64,000 bases of DNA from Spirochaetaceae bacterium (lineage in GTDB: Bacteria > Spirochaetota > Spirochaetia > DSM-2461): the NCBI GenBank assembly GCA_051531975.1, contig JAOPTT010000001.1, positions 179,720 to 243,719 on the forward strand, in the 5' to 3' direction. The translations under genes were made by a program, and so were the position numbers. The notes beneath the pieces were generated by a model. The model saw nothing but the letters and a program-made list of their open reading frames with translations, ran no database searches and had not been told where the DNA came from. Positions 20,134 to 30,463 of the stretch are shown piece after piece; the first letter of the stretch is position 1; the number at the start of each line of letters is the position of its first letter.

Positions 20134-20445
20134 TCAAACCTGCAGTTTTTTTAATTTCATTTTTATATAATCTTTATTTAGAATTCCAGTTTGTCTACCT
20201 TTTATACTATACACCCTACAACAATAATTTGAACTTGTTGGTATTTTTTCAGTATAAATATCAATTCCATTATAAAGAACTGTTGGTGATCCTTGGAAAT
20301 TCAAAGATTCAGAAGCTGGGATATTGGGAACTTCAACTATTTTTAAGTCGTGAATACTTATAATTCCCTCGTCAATAAGTTCTTTTATACCATCTAGAGT
20401 TACATCCGAGTGTGGACACCCTTCAAAATATTGGAATTCTATCAT
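20134..20445 (-). CDS. Small thioredoxin-like protein (DF-family/DUF2703-like)
   Basis: YFEGCPH, FQGSPTVLYNG, CCRVY. Confidence 0.7.
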   Translation of the reverse strand: MIEFQYFEGCPHSDVTLDGIKELIDEGIISIHDLKIVEVPNIPASESLNFQGSPTVLYNGIDIYTEKIPTSSNYCCRVYSIKGRQTGILNKDYIKMKLKKLQV

Positions 20446-20719
20446 TTAAGCTCCTATTGTTTCAGGTATATTTTAAATTTTAGCCTTAACCCAAATACAA
20501 TGCAAATGAAATAATAATCAATAGACTGATCCTTCAACCTTAGTACTGATCTAATAAATCTTTAGTCTGTTTCTATAACTAATGGTATATTTAAAGTTTA
20601 ACTCAATATTTGATAATTTCTCTATTACAACCTATCATTTAAATATGAGTAATTAATAGATTTTGTAATTGCTATACTACAAACGATTCCTTAGAAACGG
20701 ATTAGAAAGGAAACTAAAA

Positions 20720-23700
20720 ATGACTGATAGTTTTTTAATTGATTCTCTCTCTCCTGAAGATAAACAAAAAATGTATGTCGACTTGGTTGAAACATCCCAG
20801 GATCTAATATGGCAATGTGATGCTGAAGGACGATTTGTTTATTTAAACCCCGCCTGGGAAGGAACCTTTGGTTATTCAATGTCAGAGATAATTGGAAAAT
20901 ATTTTTTTGACTTTCAAGATCCAGTAAATGGTAAACGTGATCTTCAGGAATTTTCTAGAATATTAAATGGTGGTACATCTAAAGGCTACGAAACTATTTA
21001 TTTGTCAAAATCAGGGAAAGAGATCAACCTTTTAATAAATGCATGCGGTGTAAGTGACAACAGTGGTAATATTGTTGGTATCCGAGGGACAGCATACGAT
21101 ATAACAGATCGTAAATTGGCTGAAACTGAATTATTAAAAAGTAAATATTTTTTTGAAGAGGCACAACGTGCTGCAAACATCGGCTCTTATTCAATCGATA
21201 TTGTTAAAAGAACCTGGGAATCCTCAGAAACCCTTGATCAGATTTTTGGTATAAATAAAAACTATAAACATGATATAACCGGATGGGTTGACCCGATTCA
21301 TCCAGATGATAAAAAAATGATGACTAGGTACTTTGATGAAAAAGTGAATCAAAAAAGTAGACTTTTTAACAAAGAATATAGAATTATTCGTAAATCTGAT
21401 GGAGAGATTCGATGGGTTTATAGTATGGGTAAAATCAAATACAACACCGATGGGCAGCCCATTTTAATGCTTGGAACTATTCAGGATATAACAGAAAATA
21501 AAAAAGTACTTGATGCACTAACACAGAAGAATCAGTTTATCGCTTCACTTGTAAACTTAAGTCCCGATATTCTTTATATCTATGATCTAAATGATCAAAA
21601 AAATGTTTACAGTAATGATGGGATTAAATCCATTTTGGGCTACTCAACAAATGAAATATCAGAGATGGGATCGAAAATTATTCCTATGCTTATGCACCCT
21701 GACGATCTAAAAGATTATATTAAATTTATCCTACCTCTTTATCAAAGTGCTAATGATGACGAGCGGATAACCAACAATTACCGTATGCGTGCCAAAAATG
21801 GAGAATGGTTGTTTTTAGAGAGTATTGAAATTATTTACTCAAGAAATATTGATAATTCACCTAAGGAAATTTTTGGTGTAGCTCATGATATAACAGAACA
21901 AAAAATGACTGAAGAGGCACTAAAGGGAAGCGAAGACTCATTACAACATCTTATTAAGTATCTACATGCTGGAGTTGTCGTCCACGGTGCAGATACCCAT
22001 ATTAAACTAGCTAATGAACATGCTTCAAATCTACTTGGCTTAACTATCCAACAGATGATGGGCAAAGTAAATATTGATCCATCATGGTGCTTTATTAGAG
22101 AAGATAATACGCTAATGCCAGTAGAAGAATATCCTGTGTCTCGTGTATTTGCCACTAAGGCTCCTGTCCAGAACTTAGTTATAGGAGTTAATCGTCCATC
22201 TACCAATGACATGGTTTGGGCACTAGTTAATGCATTTCCTGATCTAGATTCAAATGGAGAAATAAGTCAGGCAGTTGTGACATTTATAGATATTACAGAG
22301 CTAAAAAAAGCAGAAGAAGCATTATTGGAAAATAATGCAAGACACTTAGCAATGATCGCTAATATTGGTGATGTTATTGGTATAATAGGTTCCGATGGAA
22401 TCACAAAATATAAGAGTCCAAACATTGAGAAATGGTATGGGTGGAAACCAGAAGATCTAATAGGTCTGGAAACTTGGCATACCATTCATAAAGATGATTT
22501 GCTAAGAATACAAATTGCATTTTCTGAAATACTCAAAAAAGACAGTGCACAAATCACTGTTGAATATAGATATAAATGTAAAGATGGAGCCTACAAAATG
22601 ACAGAACTTACAGCTATCAATTGTATTAATAATCCTGCAATTAATGGTGTTCTAATCAATTACCATGACATAACTGAGCGAAAACAAGCTGAGAAAGAAC
22701 TTCAGGAAAGTGAAGACCGGTTCAATCTATTTTTAGAAAAAAGTCCTATGTACATCTTTTTTAAAGATGAAAATATAAGATCATTACGATTAAGTAAAAA
22801 TTATGAGAAGATGCTTGGGTTACCACTTGAAAAACTAATTGGTAAAAATATGGATGAACTGTTTCCATCGGAACTTTCAAAAAAAATGATCAAGGATGAT
22901 ATGAATATTATTAGAGGTGGTAAAACAGTTGAAGTAATTGAAGAATTTAATGAACATATATACCGTACAATTAAATTCCCAATAATAAGAGAAGGTCATA
23001 AATCATTTCTTGCTGGTTTCACAATAGATATTACACAAGAAACAAATACTATTCGTCAAAAAGAGACATTAACTGAACAGCTTCACCAAAGTCAAAAAAT
23101 GGAAGCGATTGGCCAACTAGCCGGTGGAATCGCTCATGATTTTAATAATTCACTAGGGGGTATTGTTGGTGCAGTCGAAGCAGTTAAGCGTTGTGAAGAT
23201 AGTAAAGAAAAAAGGAATAAATTTCTTGATCTGATTATTTCTACAGCAGAAAGAGCTGGGGATCTGACAAAGAAGCTTCTACTGTTTTCACGAAAAGGTA
23301 ACATAGTAAGTTCTACTGTCGATATGAAACAATTAATAAGTGAAACAGTCGGTCTTTTGGGACACGTTGTCAATAAAAACATCTCAATTATAGTAGAAAA
23401 CAAAGCTAAACATACGTCTATATTTGGAGATATCTCACTATTACAAAATGTAATGATGAATATACCTATAAACTCAACCCAAGCTATGCCTGACGGAGGG
23501 GAAATTGTATTTACCATGAATAACATAGAACTAAATGAGACGTACTGTTCCAATTCTACATTTGATATAAAACCTGGGGAATATCTAATAATTGGCATAC
23601 GGGATACAGGAGTTGGAATGTCTGCTGAAATTTTATCCCATATATTTGAGCCATTTTTCACCACCAAGTTACATGGGAAAGGAACCGGTCTTGGACTCTC

Positions 23701-24217
23701 AATAGTCTATGGAACTATCCAGGATCATCATGGAGCAATCACTGTATCTTCAGTAGAAGGAAATGGTACAACTTTTCAGTTATTTTTTCCAATTACTAAG
23801 ATTGAGTCTGTTCCTATAACACCAGAAAAGATTCTTAGTGGTTCAGGTACTATTTTGGTTATCGATGACGAAGAATTAATACGTATTACAACCGATTCTA
23901 TGTTGGAATCATTGGGATATAAAGTAATTAGCGCAGAAAATGGGCAGATAGGGCTGCAGAAATTCATTGAATACAAAGGACAAATAGATCTGATTATTCT
24001 CGATATGATTATGCCTGTTATGGATGGACGTGAAGCGTATACAAAGATCCGTGAGATTGATCCTGATATACCTGTGATTATCTCTTCTGGTTTTGCAAAA
24101 ACTTCAGATTTGAAGGAGTTGGAAGTTAAAGGGATTTCAGGATCTCTTAATAAACCATACCACATGTCATTGTTAGCTAAGACTATTGCCAATATACTAA
24201 ATCCAAATGTAAAGTAA
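20720..24217 (+). CDS. Cytoplasmic multi-PAS hybrid histidine kinase with C-terminal receiver
   Basis: About six PAS/PAC repeats ending in DIT, H-box [16 protein letters not shown], receiver ILVIDDE...LDMIMP...KPY; ATG after AAAGGA. Confidence 0.93.
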   Translation: MTDSFLIDSLSPEDKQKMYVDLVETSQDLIWQCDAEGRFVYLNPAWEGTFGYSMSEIIGKYFFDFQDPVNGKRDLQEFSRILNGGTSKGYETIYLSKSGKEINLLINACGVSDNSGNIVGIRGTAYDITDRKLAETELLKSKYFFEEAQRAANIGSYSIDIVKRTWESSETLDQIFGINKNYKHDITGWVDPIHPDDKKMMTRYFDEKVNQKSRLFNKEYRIIRKSDGEIRWVYSMGKIKYNTDGQPILMLGTIQDITENKKVLDALTQKNQFIASLVNLSPDILYIYDLNDQKNVYSNDGIKSILGYSTNEISEMGSKIIPMLMHPDDLKDYIKFILPLYQSANDDERITNNYRMRAKNGEWLFLESIEIIYSRNIDNSPKEIFGVAHDITEQKMTEEALKGSEDSLQHLIKYLHAGVVVHGADTHIKLANEHASNLLGLTIQQMMGKVNIDPSWCFIREDNTLMPVEEYPVSRVFATKAPVQNLVIGVNRPSTNDMVWALVNAFPDLDSNGEISQAVVTFIDITELKKAEEALLENNARHLAMIANIGDVIGIIGSDGITKYKSPNIEKWYGWKPEDLIGLETWHTIHKDDLLRIQIAFSEILKKDSAQITVEYRYKCKDGAYKMTELTAINCINNPAINGVLINYHDITERKQAEKELQESEDRFNLFLEKSPMYIFFKDENIRSLRLSKNYEKMLGLPLEKLIGKNMDELFPSELSKKMIKDDMNIIRGGKTVEVIEEFNEHIYRTIKFPIIREGHKSFLAGFTIDITQETNTIRQKETLTEQLHQSQKMEAIGQLAGGIAHDFNNSLGGIVGAVEAVKRCEDSKEKRNKFLDLIISTAERAGDLTKKLLLFSRKGNIVSSTVDMKQLISETVGLLGHVVNKNISIIVENKAKHTSIFGDISLLQNVMMNIPINSTQAMPDGGEIVFTMNNIELNETYCSNSTFDIKPGEYLIIGIRDTGVGMSAEILSHIFEPFFTTKLHGKGTGLGLSIVYGTIQDHHGAITVSSVEGNGTTFQLFFPITKIESVPITPEKILSGSGTILVIDDEELIRITTDSMLESLGYKVISAENGQIGLQKFIEYKGQIDLIILDMIMPVMDGREAYTKIREIDPDIPVIISSGFAKTSDLKELEVKGISGSLNKPYHMSLLAKTIANILNPNVK

Positions 24218-24290
24218 TTACATTTATTTACAAATTAACAAGTGGTATAATTAATATATATTATTAAATTTATGTTAATTAAAATACGAA

Positions 24291-24803
24291 TTAACATTCA
24301 TAAATGCTTTTATCCTGTCTCAATTTGATAACTTTTTTAAAATGACGTAAAGCATGATAAGCAATAATTCCACCTAGTACTAAGTTAAGTATAGACATAC
24401 CAGAAAGTAGGGGGTTCTTAAATGAGTGGCTATTAAATAAATTAATAAATCCAATACCAAAGTTTAACGCTGATAATGGAAATAAAAATGTAGAAACCCT
24501 AATATGGTGTTTAATTTTTGAGTCTATATCTGTAAATAGGTTAAAAGACCCTAATTCAGTTTTTTTTCTTAAAAATATCCATTTCATATATGATGCAACA
24601 TGTTCTATTCCAGTTTCTTCTAAGAACTTAATATAATCTTTACTATGGGTTGAACCTGGGAAACTATTAAGCATTTCTAGTCTATATATATATGTTCTTG
24701 GTTCACACTCTTCAAAGACATAACGACACCAGGTATAATCTATTAGGGCATAACCTTTTACACTCATTTGATTTAACCAATTCTCTTCTTTTTCATAAGA
24801 AAT
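24291..24803 (-). pseudogene. DUF2812 family protein, 5'-truncated
   Basis: Family-like N-terminus ISYEKEENWLNQMSVKGY continues upstream of ATG 24767 and is preceded by in-frame TAA (24804-24806) with no standard start codon. Confidence 0.6.
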
Positions 24804-24970
24804 TTAGATTAATAACTAAAAATTAATTAAATTTAGTGAAATGTCAAACATAAAATTCTAAACTTTAAGTAACGCTGAAATTAATAGATAATTTTGAAAT
24901 AAATTAATTTAAATTAAACATGAATAATATTAAAACATACTATTATTTAGTAAGAATGAGAGGGGAGCAT

Positions 24971-27196
24971 ATGTCATTCATTGAAAAGATAAAAATCATA
25001 TCAGGTGTGTATTGGATCGGCATTCCGGAAGCTGATTTATATATCCTGTGTGGATGTCCCGAGGATAGTGTCAAACATCTCATGAAAATGGGACTTATTA
25101 AGACTACAGAAGAAAACAATGTGGTTTTTGAGACTGGCCCAAATACTATATTACTTTCTGACAACTTAGTTCAAAATGGATATTTTTCAAATCTTTCAGA
25201 ATTCCCTGTATTACAAATGCTTTATAGACAGGGGATGATATTACCTAATCATCCAAATAATACCGGTCGAAAACCACTTCTAATTGGCTCCGAGAAGCAA
25301 GTTAAAGCTCAAATGGAATATATCTATTGTGGTAATTATGGCTTGTCAACTGTAGAAGAGATAGTAAAGACCGGAGTATCTGAAGATCAGGCCAATGAAA
25401 TGATACGATTAAAACTAAAGTTTTCTTTCGGGAAAATTCGAGAAACTAAAGAACTGCTTGATTCGTGTATATTAAAAGAAGAACCAATGGAAATAGCCAA
25501 AGGTGTAATGTTAATTCGTACAGGAATAAATAAGTTTGAATTTAATTATGCAGGAGAATCTGTTTCAATCGACCTTAATTTAAATTCCAACGAAACCTAT
25601 AAACCTCCCTATGTTTTAGGATACCATCACATTCGAAAAGAGTATTTTGCAGTGGTTCATTCTGGTGGAGGTGATGGATGGGATATTAATAGACCCTGTA
25701 TGTCCAGTATCCTCATGTTTCAAGGGAAACTTTATCTAATAGATGCTGGACCTAATATTCTGAATACATTAACTGCCTTGGGTATAAGTGCAAATGAGAT
25801 TGAAGGGATATTTCATACCCACTGCCATGATGATCATTTTGCCGGATTAACAACTCTTATTCACTCAGACCATAAGCTAAAATATTATGCAACTCCATTG
25901 GTTCGTGCTTCGGTTTCAAAAAAGCTTAATGCATTAATGTCATCGGAAGAAGATTGTCTTGATCGGTATTTTGATATTCACGATTTAACTTTTGATCTCT
26001 GGAATAATATTGCGGGTTTAGAGGTTAAACCTACTTTTTCACCTCACCCTGTAGAAACCAACATATATACATTCCGTGTAATCTGGGAAAATGGTTATTG
26101 CACCTACTCCCATTTTGCAGATATTGTTTCATTGGATATCCTTAAAGAAATGATCAATGATGATATTTCAAAACCGGGTATTACTGAAGACTTCTTCAAT
26201 CTAGTTCGCTCAAAATATCTGGAATACGCCATGGTTAAAAAAATTGATATTGGAGGAGGTCTTATCCATGGTGATGCTAATGACTTTAAGGATGATACTT
26301 CAGGAAAGATTATTTTATCCCATAACCCATTGGATCTAAATAATTATCAGAAAGAAATAGGTTCGAAAGCTCCTTTTGGTCTGATTGATGTCATTATTCC
26401 AGCCAATGATGAGCGTATTTTAAATAATGCTTATCACTATTTATATAATTATATTCCATCTACTCCCAATGAAGATATTCAGGTCCTACTAAATTGTCAT
26501 GTCGTTCCATTTAATGCTGGGTCAATCTTATTAAAGCAAGGTGAACGAAACAGCGACATTTACCTTTTATTAGCAGGAACAGTAGAAATGATAAATGCTG
26601 ATATCGGCATGAACCATCTGCTCACCGCCGGCTCTATGATTGGTGAATATTCAACATTAGAGGATTGTGTTATGACAGAAACCTATAGTGCTCGAAGTTA
26701 TGGTTTGGCGCTTAAGATTCCTAATTCCTTATATCTTGAAATAGTAAGACGTAATAATCTTTTTGTTAAAATAAAGAATGTACATAAGAAACAGATGTTT
26801 TTACAAAATACACCGTTATTTGGGGAAATGGTATCTTATCCTGTACAAAATAAGATTGCTCAGACCATGATTGAAAAGTCATACAAAAAGGGTGAGATAA
26901 TATCGATCCCCCAAAACCCAGAATTACTAATTCTGAAAAATGGAAAAGTTGAGATTAGTGGAAAGGAACGAGTTCTTGAGACAATCGAGGACGGTGACTT
27001 TTTCAGAGAATATACAATCCTGCATGAGGATATGAATATTTTTACTTTTAAAATAATTGAACCTTCAGAAGTTTACCATATTCCAGGATATATTCTTAGA
27101 GATATTCCAGTAGTTCAATGGAAATTGTTGGAAACTAATAAGAAACGTATTAAAGCTTATTTTGATAACGAAGCTAAATTAACTGGGGAAGTTTAA
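24971..27196 (+). CDS. MBL-fold metallohydrolase with two C-terminal cyclic-nucleotide-binding domains
   Basis: LIDAGP, HTHCHDDH, SPHPVET; cNMP domains (AGSILLKQGE...GSMIGE; KKGEII...DGDFFRE); ATG after GGGGAG. Confidence 0.8.
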   Translation: MSFIEKIKIISGVYWIGIPEADLYILCGCPEDSVKHLMKMGLIKTTEENNVVFETGPNTILLSDNLVQNGYFSNLSEFPVLQMLYRQGMILPNHPNNTGRKPLLIGSEKQVKAQMEYIYCGNYGLSTVEEIVKTGVSEDQANEMIRLKLKFSFGKIRETKELLDSCILKEEPMEIAKGVMLIRTGINKFEFNYAGESVSIDLNLNSNETYKPPYVLGYHHIRKEYFAVVHSGGGDGWDINRPCMSSILMFQGKLYLIDAGPNILNTLTALGISANEIEGIFHTHCHDDHFAGLTTLIHSDHKLKYYATPLVRASVSKKLNALMSSEEDCLDRYFDIHDLTFDLWNNIAGLEVKPTFSPHPVETNIYTFRVIWENGYCTYSHFADIVSLDILKEMINDDISKPGITEDFFNLVRSKYLEYAMVKKIDIGGGLIHGDANDFKDDTSGKIILSHNPLDLNNYQKEIGSKAPFGLIDVIIPANDERILNNAYHYLYNYIPSTPNEDIQVLLNCHVVPFNAGSILLKQGERNSDIYLLLAGTVEMINADIGMNHLLTAGSMIGEYSTLEDCVMTETYSARSYGLALKIPNSLYLEIVRRNNLFVKIKNVHKKQMFLQNTPLFGEMVSYPVQNKIAQTMIEKSYKKGEIISIPQNPELLILKNGKVEISGKERVLETIEDGDFFREYTILHEDMNIFTFKIIEPSEVYHIPGYILRDIPVVQWKLLETNKKRIKAYFDNEAKLTGEV

Positions 27197-27389
27197 TTAT
27201 AGTGTGAATTTAACTTCGACATAAGTACTTCTAAAAACTGTTCCAAGAGATCCTTCTGCCAAGAGATTGGGATCTAAGAATAGAAAGATTGGAAAACCAT
27301 ATTTGTCTCTACGGTAAATGATTATTAGTTGATATTTAATGATAAGCTTTATAAATTATGTCCAAACTTGAATTTAATATTAAAACCGT

Positions 27390-27543
27390 TTGACACCAAA
27401 AATAAATCGAGTTAATATTTTATTATCGCCTATAACTGAATGTTATTTGCAGTAACCATAAATAACAATTTGGAATCAAAATGCCAGCTGATAGGATTCA
27501 GCACTATACGCGTTCTGCGTATTTACATGGAGAATCACAAACA
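27390..27543 (+). promoter_or_regulatory. sigma70 promoter and about 120-nt structured 5' leader (candidate cis-regulatory RNA)
   Basis: TTGACA 27390-95, 17 bp, TAATAT 27413-18; several stems in the leader (see findings). Confidence 0.45.
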
Positions 27544-28191
27544 ATGAAATTGAAGGATCTACCTGTTATTGGAATAACAGGATTATTGACTTTCTTCTTC
27601 GCTTATCCAGAAACCCGTAATATTTACGAAATGGCTTACAAAGCCAATCCATTATTATTAACTTTTGTAAAATTTGCAATTCTGGCCACCGCAGGAGAGA
27701 TGATTGCTCTTAGATTAAAAGTGGGAGTTTATCACAAAAAAGATTTTGGACTATTACCAAAAATGATTATATGGGGGATTTTAGGTCTATTTATATATTT
27801 TGCTTTTGGTATCTTCTCTAAAGGAGTCCCTACCCTATTCCCAGGATTAGTTGGAGATCACTTTATGAATAGGCTACTTATTGCACTATTAATTTCAATA
27901 TTTATGAATGTTATATTTGCCCCAGGAATGATGTTAACTCATCACATTACCGATAGTTTCATATCCCAAAACGGTGGTTCTTTTAAGATATCAAAGTTTA
28001 AAGTAAGGCCTCTATTAAACTCAATTAATTGGGATAAAATGTGGAGCTTTGTGTTTATGAAAACAATTCCTTTCTTCTGGATCCCAGCCCATACAATAAC
28101 TTTTTTATTACCTGCAGAATTTAGAACTATTTTTGCAGCAGCCCTTTCTGTTTTATTAGGTATTTTTTTAGGTGCAAGGAGTAATAGATGA
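27544..28191 (+). CDS. Mpv17/PMP22-like membrane protein
   Basis: KFAILATAGE, TIPFFWIPAHTITFLLP; several TM helices; GGAG RBS. Confidence 0.75.
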   Translation: MKLKDLPVIGITGLLTFFFAYPETRNIYEMAYKANPLLLTFVKFAILATAGEMIALRLKVGVYHKKDFGLLPKMIIWGILGLFIYFAFGIFSKGVPTLFPGLVGDHFMNRLLIALLISIFMNVIFAPGMMLTHHITDSFISQNGGSFKISKFKVRPLLNSINWDKMWSFVFMKTIPFFWIPAHTITFLLPAEFRTIFAAALSVLLGIFLGARSNR

Positions 28192-28244
28192 GGGAAGTAT
28201 TAGTATGGGGAGGTGGTGTTCTTATTATGGATGAGGGTATATAG

Positions 28245-29420
28245 ATGGCGATATCTCATCAGATTAAAGAAATGTTAAAAGGCTCCTCCTTTATTAGAAC
28301 TATGTTTGAAGAGGGCAGAGTATTAAAGGAGAAGTATGGAGAGGACTCAATATGTGACTTTACTATTGGGAACCCACAGCTGGAGCCTCCAAAATCCTTC
28401 TCTACAGCAATAAAAACGATTGTAGACAAAAAAATACCTAGAAAACACGGTTATATGCCTAGTCTTGGTTATAAAGATGTTAGAGAATCTGTAGCAATTA
28501 GAGTTTCTTCTGAACAGAAAACTGACCTGAACTACCAGAATATAGTAATGACTTGTGGAGCTGGTGGAGGACTAAATATAATATTAAGAGCCATTCTAAA
28601 CAGAGGTGATAGAGTAATAGCCCCAATTCCATATTTTGTAGAGTATAAAAACTACGTTTCAAATTATGGTGCAGAGATCGACTTTGTAACAAGTAAGGAT
28701 AACTTTGATTTAGATTTAGACTCTATTTCAAATGCAATTACAGAAAAAACAGCAGCTATAATCATAAACTCCCCTAATAACCCTTCAGGAACTGTCTACT
28801 CATTAGAGACTATTATCCAGTTAGGAAAAATACTGGAAGAAAAAAGTGAAGAAATTGGAAGAACTATATATTTGATAAGTGATGAACCTTATAGGAAAAT
28901 TGTTTTTGATGGTGTAGAAGTCCCACCAATACATCCTCATTATTCCAATAGCTTTGTAGTCACATCCTGTTCAAAAGATCTATCGATACCTGGAGAGAGA
29001 ATTGGATGGGTAAGTGTAAACCCATTAGCTTATGATCTAAATGAGATAGTAGATGCCTTAGCTTTTTGTAAAAGAATTTTAGGATTTGTTAACGCTCCAG
29101 CTCTTATGCAAAGGGTTATTAAAGAGATAATAAACGATGAAGCCGATTTATCTGTATATCAAAAAAAGAAGGATCGCCTTTGTTCTGCTCTAAAAGATAT
29201 GGGCTATGACTTTATTGAACCTAAAGGTACTTTTTATATAATGCCAAAAGCACCAGGTGGGGATGATATTAAATTTATTGATAAACTTAAAAGTTATAAT
29301 ATTCTTGCAGTTCCAGGGAGAGGATTTGGACTTAAAGGTTATTTTAGAATAGCCTTTTGTGTAGATGATGACGTAATAGAGAGATCCCTCGTAGGTTTTA
29401 AAGAAGCTATAAGAAGTTAA
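28245..29420 (+). CDS. Class I/II PLP-dependent (aspartate-type) aminotransferase
   Basis: NSPNNPSG, ISDEPY, SCSKDLSIPGERIG. Confidence 0.92.
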   Translation: MAISHQIKEMLKGSSFIRTMFEEGRVLKEKYGEDSICDFTIGNPQLEPPKSFSTAIKTIVDKKIPRKHGYMPSLGYKDVRESVAIRVSSEQKTDLNYQNIVMTCGAGGGLNIILRAILNRGDRVIAPIPYFVEYKNYVSNYGAEIDFVTSKDNFDLDLDSISNAITEKTAAIIINSPNNPSGTVYSLETIIQLGKILEEKSEEIGRTIYLISDEPYRKIVFDGVEVPPIHPHYSNSFVVTSCSKDLSIPGERIGWVSVNPLAYDLNEIVDALAFCKRILGFVNAPALMQRVIKEIINDEADLSVYQKKKDRLCSALKDMGYDFIEPKGTFYIMPKAPGGDDIKFIDKLKSYNILAVPGRGFGLKGYFRIAFCVDDDVIERSLVGFKEAIRS

Positions 29421-29431
29421 CTATTTATAGA

Positions 29432-29491
29432 TTGACCCCATACTAATTGGGGTTTAATATTACCATATACATTAGGGCTTATATAAGACCT
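29432..29491 (+). promoter_or_regulatory. Promoter of the MarR-GNAT/hut operon with candidate MarR operator
   Basis: TTGACC, 17 bp, TAATAT (29432-29460); near-perfect palindrome AGGGCTTATATAAGACCT 29474-29491. Confidence 0.6.
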
Positions 29492-29516
29492 TAACTTATG
29501 TAAAAAAGGAATTGGA

Positions 29517-30446
29517 TTGAATATTTATAAATTAGCAGAGGAGTTATTATTAGGCTCCAGACTAAAAAAGATTGGTGAGAAAATATTCTCAGATATATCA
29601 AAAGTATATAAAGATCGAGGAATAGATTTTGAACCGTCATGGTTTCCAGTTTTTTTTCTATTAAATGAAAAAACATTAACAATCTCAGATATTGCTAATT
29701 ATTTAGAGGTTACACAATCCGCAGTTAGTCAGATGATAAGTGTCTTAGAAAAGAGAGAGCTAGTAATAATTAAAAAAGATGATATTGATAAAAGATCAAA
29801 AACAATATCTTTATCTATAAAAGGTAAGAAATTATTAGTAGATATTAAACCAATATGGACATCTATAAAAAAGAGTCTGAATAAGCTACTAAAAGAGGGT
29901 GAAAATAGTAAAAATCTACTTATATCCTTAAATGAAGTAGAGACTTCAATATACAACAATGGCATACAAAACAGGATTGAAAATGACATTAAGCATTCTA
30001 TTTTGCAAGAGAAACTGAACATTAATGTATATCAGAAATCCAACGAGAAAGATCTGAAATCCATGTTATTAGAGTGGATGACAAGAAATAACAAAATTAT
30101 ATCTCCAGAAGTCATTAATAATCCAGATAAATTTATATCCAATAATGGAAATATTTATATTGTTTATATTGAAGGAAATATTGTCGGTTGCATGGTAAGC
30201 AAACTAATAGGCAGTAGTCTTTCTAAGATCATCTGTATAGAGATATTACCCAAATGGAAGGGTTTTGGAATAGAAAAAAAGATCATAAAACAATTAGAGA
30301 GAGATAACAAAACGGATATTGATATCATATTGGATATTAGAGAAAGTGATCAGATAACAATCTGTAAGGAAATGGGATTTGAGCTAGATCTAATTGTCCC
30401 AGAAGAAAATGAAACTAGTAGGTGTGTTCATCTAATAAAGAGATAG
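29517..30446 (+). CDS. MarR winged-HTH regulator fused to a GNAT-like domain
   Basis: LGSRLKKIGE, FEPSWFPVF, VTQSAVSQ, DKRSKTISLS; C-terminal ILPKWKGFGI. Confidence 0.85.
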   Translation: MNIYKLAEELLLGSRLKKIGEKIFSDISKVYKDRGIDFEPSWFPVFFLLNEKTLTISDIANYLEVTQSAVSQMISVLEKRELVIIKKDDIDKRSKTISLSIKGKKLLVDIKPIWTSIKKSLNKLLKEGENSKNLLISLNEVETSIYNNGIQNRIENDIKHSILQEKLNINVYQKSNEKDLKSMLLEWMTRNNKIISPEVINNPDKFISNNGNIYIVYIEGNIVGCMVSKLIGSSLSKIICIEILPKWKGFGIEKKIIKQLERDNKTDIDIILDIRESDQITICKEMGFELDLIVPEENETSRCVHLIKR

Positions 30447-30463
30447 ATAAAACGGGAGGTTTT

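Noticed and set aside
20446..20600. Possible arsR remnant upstream of the thioredoxin-like gene
   Set aside because: Only a few suggestive residues; no recognisable HTH
28192..28244. G-rich intergenic stretch (possible G-quadruplex)
   Set aside because: G-runs are short and widely spaced, and partly explained by RBS-like sequence
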